This document shows, in pieces, positions 53,202 through 64,000 of a DNA stretch of 64,000 nt (positions within the stretch are counted from its first letter, which is position 1; each line of letters opens with the position of its first letter). A program made the position numbers and the translations under genes. The notes below the pieces were generated by a model that saw only the letters and a list, made by a program, of their open reading frames with translations, ran no database searches and was not told the origin of the DNA. The stretch covers positions 13,216,698-13,280,697 of the forward strand of contig OZ037765.1 of the NCBI GenBank assembly GCA_964035545.1, in the 5' to 3' direction. Origin of the DNA: Bugula neritina. Its lineage: Eukaryota > Animalia > Bryozoa.

Positions 53202-54658
53202 TTGTTGGCAATGTTCAACTTATGAGAAAAAGATTATTCCTGAACTGGCATTAATATATTAACTAAAAGGTCAATTACACTAAACTTATTTATAATTTTT
53301 ATTTTAATTTCCTTCACACCAAGAGTTTTGCAGCTTATCTAATTAATATTGTTTTTTGTAATAGTTGCACCAGCTGACCTTATATTAATTCTTCTGAATA
53401 TTACTTCTAATTATGAGTTCATTCTTATATGCAATGCCTGCTGTTTAGTTTCATCTGCATAAATGTGCTGTTATCATTAGACAGTCTATGGCATAGCAGA
53501 TTTTCTGTAGCATTCAACAAGTAATTTTATTTAGCGTTGATGTTTTGTTGTGTGCCATCTCTGGAAGTTCTAGTGAGTGTTGGTATGGTAAAGACTAATT
53601 TCATTTATATTAGTATATATTTCACATAATTTTAGCAGATATTGCTCCTTTTGAGTATATTTATTGGTATAGAATATAGAGGATATTTTACACATGGTTC
53701 GAGTATAATCTGTACAAATAGCATGACACTAGTTATAGAGTAAAAATAGTTGCACAAATAAGATAATGTATATATTATTATAGTGGTAGTGTACACATCA
53801 ACATTTCTTACACTGAAAACATCTTTTGAGAACCAACGCTATAGCATACAGCATACAGTAATGAAGTATCGGTTTATAGTCTGTGTAGTAGTAAAACAAG
53901 GCAAAGACTAACATACAAAATAGAACAAAGATATAACAAATAATGATTTTTGCAACTGTCACAACCACAACAATTTTAAAACTATTTTTGTTTAAAACAA
54001 CCAAATAATTGAAATGTGAGAACGGAGTTCGGCAGGACGATGCACAAATCTCATTATATATGTGCTTACATGTTCCACATTAAACTATAAAACATAGGCA
54101 ATACAATAAAAATAAAACCGAAAAATTGGTGAAACACAGAAGTATTTCAGATATTACCTAGTTTACACTTAAATAAGTAACTATGCCAGACCAAGACTCC
54201 TTAGCTTATACGAATTACACCTTCATATTATAAATAACATTAAATAGTTCCCATCGTTTAACAATTCAATACGATTACGATCAAAATAGAAATAATTATT
54301 ATAAAAATTGATTTTACACAACCAGAGTGTACACTACACGGAATACAGAAGAGAGTCAAGGTTATATAACAATGATTAGGTAAACAAGTCTGCCAGACAT
54401 TCCTTGCACCAAGTCACATTAATAAATATTACAGATGTCATTTCCGACTACTTCTAATTTACTAACATTTAAATAATAGTGTAGAATATGAGACATGCAA
54501 ATAATATGCAAAGTTAGTACTGGAGGAAGCAACAGTTTACTTGGATATATACAATTACTCTAAAGCTCTTTAGTTCTGTGACCAGTTCAACAGTATGCCC
54601 GTGGCAATGAGATAAAAGTGAGAATATAGAACGAGGCTAATGTAGACCAGAGTTGCTG

Positions 54659-57600
54659 TCAGCATGCGGATGTGAGTGTGTTGGTCCCAAAGTGCAGGTG
54701 TCCGTTGGCGCTGCCATTAGCGCTGCCGTTGCAGCTATTAGACTTAGAGGCATTTTCTGCTGACCAGATGGATGGATCAGTTGGTAAAATTGACTGATCT
54801 AATATAGTTGCAGTGTTATAAGATGGTGGCCCGTCAACAGAGGACACTATACTAGATGGTGTTTTAAAGGGTGACGAGGAGTAATAGTTAGGATTAGTGG
54901 GACAATTTGGTAAACTAGGTAGACTATCACTACGCACTGACTCATCACTGTTAGCCTCTGACTCACTGCATGTAGTAGTATGATGTCCATTCAACATTGG
55001 CTCACTTCTTCTCATGTCAAACTCTGCACTGCTAGCCAATGAACTACTTTTGAAGCGAGCTGGTCGGGGCGGTGGCTCATCACACCCCAACTCTTTCTCA
55101 TCTGCACTAGCCCTGTCGAGATAGTGGAGGTGGTCCCCGCCAGCCAGATGGTGGTCACTGAGACTGTGCACTGAGGAAGGGTGCAGCGGCTGAGACTCGC
55201 TGTGGTTCAGATTATCTGACTCGTCATCCAGAACTTCCTCGTCATCTCTCTGAGAATAAAACCAGGAGACGCCGAAGAAGCTTTTCTTCACATCTCCCTG
55301 CAGACTGGTCAAGATCTCCTTGAACGTAGGTCTGTAGCGTGGGTAATAATTCCAGCACACTTGCATCATCTCGTACCTGTATGTACCAGAGCACCTTACA
55401 TTATTGCATTCGCATGTTCAAAACACAAAGTATGAAAACATTTTAGAAAATGCGAAAAATATATAACTGTTTACTTTTTATACAAAAGAGACGAATGGGC
55501 ATACAGTTTGTTATCAGTAAAATCAACGTTGTGCCAATCCAATAGTCATAAACAAACTAATGAATGGTATCAATTACTACAACAAATGTAATTTGTAAAT
55601 GAATGTTTAAAAGATACTGACCAAACTGCTATACATTGCATTACATAAACAAAATAAAGAAAAGCCTGCTTACAGTCTTCTAGGGCAACCATCTGGCATC
55701 TCCATGAAATTGCTGTCAATAACAAATTTCAACACTTCTTCGTTGCTAAAGCCTTGATAAGGCTGAGCGGCCAGCGTGGCCATCTCCCACAACACAACTC
55801 CATAAGACCTGCAAAATAAAATGTCCTGTACAATACTCATGGCATTCTAGTTCAACCTTCTGCAACATTCGCCCGGCAGGCTAACCACCAAATTCTAAAG
55901 ACTGCGCGACATGAGATAGTATAATATCAATTAGTTCAACTCGGCGCAACAAATACAATATGTGATAATCTAAACCAATAGCAACATGAGAAGTTACTAT
56001 GACAGTAAACTAGCAGCTTACCAAACATCAGATTTGGACGTATAAAGACCATCTTTAAGAGATTCTGGAGCCATCCATCGCACAGGCAACATTCCTTTTC
56101 CACCCTTTCTATAATAGTCAGAGTCATACACATCTCGTGTCATACCAAAATCTCCAATCTTCACCGTCATGTCATGTGACACCATGCAGTTTCGAGCTGC
56201 TAAATCCCGATGAACAAACTTCCTGTCCGACAAGTACGCCATACCGTCAGCAATCTCGGCAGCCATTTGCAGAATTTCCCGCAATGTAGGAGGACGTCGA
56301 CCAGCATTGTCCTGCAAGACAAATGAGTCCCGATCAATGGACTGATACTTTACCTTTACACAAACTAGTCAAGTTAATCAATAGTTCAATAAGTGAATAA
56401 CCACAAGGATAGTTTGAAGTATACTTATAGACTTACAGGCTCATCGGGTCGAAGCATTCGCAAGTAGTTTTTAAGATCTCCGAGCGCCATGAGCTCCATA
56501 ATAACAAGCACAGGTTGCCCCTGGGAGACAACTCCTAGAAGCTGCACTATGTGATGACAACTGAATGCTCTACAAATAAATACTCAAATGCTATATAAAC
56601 TATTATAAAATCAAATGTTTAATATTTAGATGTGATAAATCCTGTTTCATAAAATGTTCAAGAGTGAACTGTGTGAGGTTTGGTATTTGAGGTGTAAACC
56701 AGGTGAAGACAAAGGTGTGACTCAGCTCACGTGAAACAAACAACTGCAGATCAAGCTATATATCAAGTGAGTTGGCAGGTCAGTAGCAGAAAGAGATATA
56801 AACTGCTTCCCCTACACCAGAATGAGTGTTCTATAGTAACCCTCTATGTTAAAGGAATCAGGTTAATTATTATGCCAGAATACATCAAAGCCTTAAAGGA
56901 TTATCATAATTTATCAAAACATATTTATATCTTAATATTGCACAATTTCCTATTGCTCCCAACCTCCATTGGCATATATTACGTAGTCAGTTTTGATGAA
57001 GAAGCAGTTTCAGGAAAATATAATGTAGTACTGATGTATGGAGTAGTCCACAATTTAATACATTCAACAGTCTGATGGAAAATAGACATATTCAGAGTCT
57101 TATCTAAAAATATTTAGCTCAAACCTATTTTAAACCATTGTAATTACAAAAAAATTGACATGTGACTTCACCTCAAAATTAACTCAATTTTGTATTGTAT
57201 TGACAAGATTTATAAAGCAGACTTTCATACTATTTGGCCAAATAAAGATCATAATTATTCTAGAACCTAGCCTATGTTTACAGCACTTTTTACTGTTGCA
57301 ACAATAACTAGCATGTCAAGTGGAATAACCACTGCAGAAGCATACGTCTTTGTGTTTAAAGATCAAATTGCAACATATTTGGGAAGAATTAGTAGGTTTA
57401 GTTAGTAACACAGTGCATACATACTTCATTCTGGAAGCTTCATTGAGAAAATTGATTCTATCTTGAATGGTGGCTGGTTCGGTGACAGTTTTTATAGCTA
57501 CTTTTCTTAGCTTCTTATCTGTATTGTACAGGTCTTTCGCCTCACCCTCGTACACCAATCCGAATGACCCCTGACCCAGAGAAATACCCATTTTCACTTT

Positions 57601-60600
57601 TGACCTCTCTATTTCCCATTCATCTGGCACGTATATGTTGTCTGTGTCCATGTAGTCCGGGTTGAATGAGCTGTGATAGGCGGCAAGAGGTACAGGCCTG
57701 GAACAACAGCCAGAGATAAAGGTGAACAAGTACACTGTGGAATGAGTAATACTCCATTACACTTGCATACCTGATTGAACAACCAGAATGGCCAAGTAAA
57801 GACTTTACACCATGTATCACCATACAGTTGACAACACAAGTTGTAGTGCAGCAACAGAACTGTGTGAACTGATCATACTGATTAATGGCATACTTTTATT
57901 GCTATGCATCAAGACCCAAAAATGCAAAAAATACATCCAAAGTTCAAAGATTAACAGAAATATTTGGTTGAAAACATCTTTCCCTGTTTGGGTCATGACT
58001 TGTGTATAGCTTGATATTTATTGCAGTTTAACACCAGCTTACATTTCTTGAATGATGTTCATGCATTTGAAAATAAACTCCTACCTAAACTGTCAAAAGT
58101 AAAGTGATTTTAAACTCAATGTTAAGAACATCAGACCACCGTAAAGATCAATACCAAACTATTTGATTCATTCGATGGCCTTGAAATTTACAGACTCAGA
58201 ATAACTCACTTTTTCCTTTTCACCCTCCAGCAGACGAGTCCCACTATGAGAACGACGGTGATGAAGATAGTAAGGACGATGACAATGATGTAGGTGTACC
58301 CCGAGTTGGCTACAAGAGTTGATAACATGACAATAAAATATGGATGATTGAGTAAAATATGCTGCCTCACAACACCTCTCTCACACTTCCCTACCGGTAG
58401 AGCACATCACCTTTGTGCATGACTGCCAGTGTTGAGCATGAATATCATAAAGCATTAGATTTAAATATCATGTCTAACTCACTAGGTTTCTCTCCATAAG
58501 TAAAGGTAAACACTTTGGTGTAGTTTCCTGAAATGGTTCCCACAGTTCGCATCTTCACTTTCAAATTGTAAGTTTCCCCTTCTTTTAGAGCAGAGTTCTG
58601 GTAGATGAAGGAGTTGTTTTCATCCATAAATTTTTTAGCATTCACACACTCCGAGATCTGAAACATAGTTTTTGTACAATCATTTACACTAAGCACACGT
58701 GGTGTTTAATTACTACAGTCAAACAGCTAGTCCTACAAAGGATTCTCTATGCTTGCAGGTAGCCAATACTTGTACATACCACTGAGTCACCCTTCAGAGG
58801 TTCCTGCTGCAACTGTGCCGTCTTGGTGTCGTTCACTAACCAGAATGTGACCGTGTAACTTAGTATTGGTCCATTGGTCTTGTTAGGGACTCGCCATGTC
58901 ACATCCAAGTAAAGCGCCCCGTTTTTCTACAATTTGCAATTTACGCATTCAAACATAAAGCTTGCCAATTTAGTGTAAAAAGCATCGAAAATCCTTGTTT
59001 CAATGCAATCAGCTCAAGGCAAATGAATGTAAATTTAGATACTAGTTAGAAGCAGTACCTTTGGAATCTTGACATTGAGGGAGCCTGGTACAATGACATC
59101 TAGCGTGGGATCTGGCTTTGTAATGGCATTACTGATAGCTCGTTTACTGCACCTTGTAGCATTTTCTTCTTTATCATATGCGTGGCACGCAACAACCTTC
59201 GAATGTCAATGAGCTAGGTTATAAATTTCATAATATTACGTGGGAGACAAACATCAGTAACTACCTTGTCAATCATATTAGCTGCTGTAGCTGTTTGAAG
59301 AGAGGAAAAATAAACAACTTCCAGTCATCAAGCATATATATAGAATGATAAACACACACCTCAATTGAATATGCCATATTGGGCTCCAGGTTAAACAGTA
59401 AAGTTGATGTCGTATTGGCCGACACAGCTGCTTTGCTGGCAACAACAATCACTGGTTTGGAAGGTTCCTCAGCTGCGGGAGATGTGGTGATGCCATTGGT
59501 AGACGAGCTGGGCGTTGCCAGAGTAGATACAGAGGTGGTAGATTGATTGCCTTGCTCAACAGTAAACTCATACTCCGACTCGTATTGAATTTCTCTTTTA
59601 ACACGATTTGAGATTCTCTTCTCCGGACTAAAATACAAGACAACAACTGAATTCACTTTGACTTCAAGTTAAACCCGTCCTTTTAAATACATAGAGCCAA
59701 CTGTCGACAAATCTCCATCTTAGAAGCACATTGCATAGAATGCAGCTATGTTTATTTTATTGTGGTGTATGCTATGTATATTGGTACTTACTTTTTGTGA
59801 AAATGGGCATTTTGGAGAAAATTCTCAAAGTTGTAACGCAGCTCAGCCATTTTCTGCTCTTCTGAAGCAGAAGGGACTTTTGTTGGATTGTCCTCACAGT
59901 TGCACTGCCCTGCATCATTTGAGGCTGTATTTGTCTCAACCGGTTTTGGTGTAGTCACTTTATCCAGGGTTGGTGCTAAAAGTAGAATTATACTTATGTA
60001 CCCTCATTCCACCACTGTTCAGAGAAATATGATTAGTAAGTGAACCAATCTTGTAGTAAATATAAAGCAAAGCCAAAATTTACAGCTGTTTTTACTTAAA
60101 AAGACATAGTTTTATCACCTAGAATTAAGAATAATAGTTTTTATTAAAACAACCGAAATATCCTGATATAATAGAGAGAAAGAGTAGAGTACACATACCT
60201 TCATGACAGAAATCTTTCTGGTATATCTGGTCAACGTCCCATGGCTTCTTTCTATAGTATACAAAATACGAGTCCAGAATACCATTGTGTGCATCCGGGG
60301 GATCCCAAGATACATACAAGCCCGTGTTGCCATTCCAGTCTGCAGGGTTGACCACAACTCTCCGCGGCTCACTGGGTTCTGTCAACATAGATATTCACCA
60401 TGCACATGCTTTATAGAGACTTGGCTTTCTGTCTGCCATAACTTTCACTAGGAAGGAGTTCACAGGCCAGCTTTGCAGGGGAAGATGATGTTGGTTTGTT
60501 GACCATACAATTTTATCGCCTTCATTTTTCATTATTGATAACCATATTGGTTGACTACTTAATATTCGGCCAATAATCATGAAAACACCTTAAATGTAAG

Positions 60601-63600
60601 CCAGCTATTGATGAATAATTGTTTTTATATGTCATATAGTTACAATTTCAACTTTTCAAGACTTAGAGAATATAAGTATCAAAATACATATATGGTTTGA
60701 CACAGATGCAGTGTGCTTGACTCAGGGTATGCCTAAGAACTACATGGCCACAGAGTTAATCAGCAAATAAAAATTTGTCATGTCAAATAATAAACAAATA
60801 TCAAAATATCTCATTTGTTTTGTCAGAACGCTCAGTTAAGCAGTAACTCTAACCAGTTACTAATAACTAGATTCTTAGGAGAATATCTTAGCACAGATTA
60901 GGTAAATTTATTTTTCAATAAAAAATAAGTATGATTTTACTTGAAGCTTTGGTTTTGAAGTAGAGAATTTCACTGCGAGCACCGTCTGTTCCGATGGCCT
61001 TAGTAGTGTAAGTTTGGACGTAGAGAGCATAGCGAGTAAAGGCATTCATATTAGTCAAGTAGCTGCTATAATAGGTCACATTATTGGTTACAGCTTGCTT
61101 ATCCACGTCATTCTTTTTCACCTCATATGTTGACCACCTAGAACATCAACCCATCACCTTTACACTTTTTTAAACTCGAACTCTAGATGCATAAATGCAC
61201 TTGCGGAAAATTATTAGGAAAAATTGATTTTACAACTAACGCAGAGAATGTAAGGCTTACTTTTGATCCATGTTACAGAGACTTGACTTGTAGTAAGTTG
61301 CCACTTCATTCTCTTCTCTACCAACATTATAACCAAAATACATCACCAAAGATAATTAGTAACAGAGTTGATTTGGAAGCAAGTAGTGCTAATTCTAGTA
61401 CTGCATCAGGTATAATAATACAGGAATGATATTTGTATGACTTACACTTCACGGAAATACAGAACATAGCTTATTATAACTCTTTCATCTGATGTATTAA
61501 ACGCTGAGAAGTTGAATCGAGGGAATAGATTAGTAACACCATCATTTATCTCGAAAAATAGAGAGTTGTTGAAACCTAAAACAGTTCGTAATAAACATTT
61601 GATATTTTCGATATGCATCACAGTATATACATGTGACTTAGCATCCATAAACACTTTGTGGAATTTATCAGATTGCTATAAAACAGAGGGAACAAACACA
61701 AATGCAGACATAAAAACTAGTGGAATACTTTATAAACAAGATTATGCTGAGAAAAACATATTGCAATATGAGTAACTGGCTGGACTTCATCCAACCTCAT
61801 GTACTTTGTTTATCCTCTGAACTATCAATTAGATTTATAAGCACTACAAGCACTACTATAAGAAAATTGATAGATTAGTCACATGGAAAACACGCAGTAG
61901 TAGAGTGAGAGGCAATTCACAACAGTTACCTAATACTACTGAGGGCACAGCTTAGTACAAACTTACAATTTCCATTCTGGCCATTGGTAGAATCTGAAAT
62001 ATCATACTTAGTGTGGGACTCCGCTGTCACGTTGTACCGGGTGCCATTATCATGTTGCAATTCACCTTTGAATCTAAAAGAGGTTAGTCAGGATGACTTC
62101 AGCTGCTTAATATTTCTACCCTCCCAGAGTAATGGCTGACTGAGACTGTTAATTAACACACTCGCATGTTTTGAAAGATTAATAAATTAGACTTGCTAGA
62201 AAAAAGCAATCAAACTGTCAAGTTAATGGCTTTCTAGCTGAAAATAATTCTCTAAAAATGACTTTAGTTTACCACAAAATTGTCTGTAGAAAGAGTACAT
62301 AGAGATAATCCATCATGCCTAGTACGCTATTGTTTCACAATGCTACTAGACCTGCACTGAACTAGCTACCCACCACCGTGGCTACAGCCTATACCATGAC
62401 TTACTCGGTCAGCTCAAGAAGACGTTTGATTTTCTGCTGACACAGCACCTCATTCTGCTGAAACAGGAACTTGCCGTTGTCAATCTGGAGAACTGGCATG
62501 GCGGGTGAGGTTGAATTACCTGATGAGTTACCGGAAGGCACATACTGTTCAAAGTCCCACAGTTTTTCTAGGTTTTGGTTTTCCATAATATAGAGTGCAT
62601 ATCTAGGCAAAGGAAGTTGTAACTGAAAGACATTTCTCTAGGAGAGAAAATACCAACTCAGATTAAACTACATAAATCACGTAGAGCATTGGCATGTTTT
62701 GAGAACCACATCACCGGATATACAATAATCTCAATCTGATTCTGTAATATCTCAAACATAAGATTTCACACCCAGCACTTGACTAAGATAACGTATATCA
62801 AGACACAATTCCACGACGTAAAATCGACACTTCTCAAGCAGTGGCTAAGAAAGATGAATATAGCATTCGGCACCTACTTGTTTGAGTCTAAATGTCTTCC
62901 ACCGATACGACGAAGGCTTTTGAGGAAGTCAAGCGTTTCTAGAAACGGATTTCGAACGACCTTGACATAATCTTCAACCTCCCTCACCAGAGAAACGTAT
63001 TCATATAGTAAACTCATATTACCTGTAGAGTAAGTTCAAGTATTAGAAAAGTTAATACAGCAAGGATAAGGAGTGTATAATATAAAAGGGTAAAGTTCAA
63101 AAAAGATCATGTGTCAACATACCGGGTATGTTACTGATGGCTATTTCCAGATAAGTGGTAATTCTGGTGCAGCCAAAAAGCCTCTTTGCTGCATCAACAG
63201 TTTGAATGGTACCACCTTTGCAATCTACAAAACCACGAAGTCCAAGGGTAGCAAAGAAAACCAACATGCTAAAATATTTCTATAAAAATAAAAAAATATA
63301 TTCATTTAAGATTAAAAACCAATGCAAAACTATATATATGTAAAGTATACAAAATTACCTTTTTCACATAAACCGCCGCAAGGAATGCATTTATGTACAC
63401 TGTGATTGAATATATTATTTGTGAGCAATTGAGGGCTATATGTATAGTATTTGGGACACACAAGTATGCATTTCCCTTCATGAAATTTGTTGTAGATATT
63501 TTCTCTAAGACAACCATCTTTAGTTACACATCTTCGTCCTTTGAACTAAAAAAAACAATATAATCACAATTACAACATACAGAAATATATTAAGATACAC

Positions 63601-64000
63601 AAGTTCTACATTATAGACACACATATACTGATAGTGCTATATACATTATGCATATGACACACCAGTCAAAAGAAGCAATTCATGAGGAGGATAACAAATA
63701 ACTTAGCTGATTCATGCTATACCCAACTGTTGAAAACCAACAAAATATTATTATCTAAAGGGTCAATTGAGAAAAAATAATCATAATATAACATGGAATA
63801 CTATGTCACCTCCAGTAGCTCCTCGCCATCTTCATTAAACTTTGGGCACCGGTCCATGCACTGATCATCGTGGTAAATTAATTTACAAGCGTGGCATGTA
63901 GCTGGTGAGCCTGCTGTCGTACATCCACCTAGACACAGTCGGTGGCAGCACTTTCCTGTATCATCCGCACATCCAGGGAGATGGTTGTCATCTGATGACC
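54659..64000 (-). CDS. INSR: Insulin/IGF-like peptide receptor tyrosine kinase (partial: cysteine-rich region through C-terminus; L1 lies beyond the window end)
   Basis: Exons on minus: >64000-63810 ([10 protein letters not shown]), 63545-63359, 63224-63123, 63022-62878, 62602-62405, 62073-61967, 61575-61446, 61317-61261, 61137-60941, 60378-60199, 59975-59792 (alphaCT FENFLQN), 59627-59360 (furin RVKR), 59196-59059, 58926-58780, 58657-58483, 58309-58210 (TM), 57697-57425 (NPDY, GQGSFG, VAIK), 56569-56437, 56311-56022 ([34 protein letters not shown]), 55808-55674, 55376-54659. Confidence 0.96.

Overview
AT-rich, intron-rich eukaryotic (invertebrate animal) genomic DNA. The synapsin C-terminus KKTFAGIFGDM suggests a lophotrochozoan, which is an inference. 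Five multi-exon genes were reconstructed by hand from GT-AG boundaries and phase continuity. (1) SORL1/SorLA, minus strand, ATG 23208, 3' end running off the left edge. (2) ZC2HC1A-like C2HC zinc-finger gene, plus, 23855-29912, head-to-head with SORL1. (3) CDC50/TMEM30A flippase beta subunit, plus, 32775-37475. (4) Synapsin, plus, 39881-53201. (5) Insulin/IGF-like receptor, minus, stop 54659, 5' end off the right edge, tail-to-tail with synapsin. Non-coding features include a 1.2-kb hAT (Buster/Charlie-type) deletion derivative with a perfect 8-bp TSD, a long-TIR MITE, two tRNA-derived SINE copies, three minisatellites and two perfect hairpins (38-bp and 23-bp stems). The most interesting signal is in synapsin. 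The intron homologous to the Timp-hosting intron shows no Timp but carries three frame-preserving microexon candidates (6, 15 and 33 nt), and the ATP/Ca2+-binding residues are atypical. No prokaryotic-type system (CRISPR, operon) is present.
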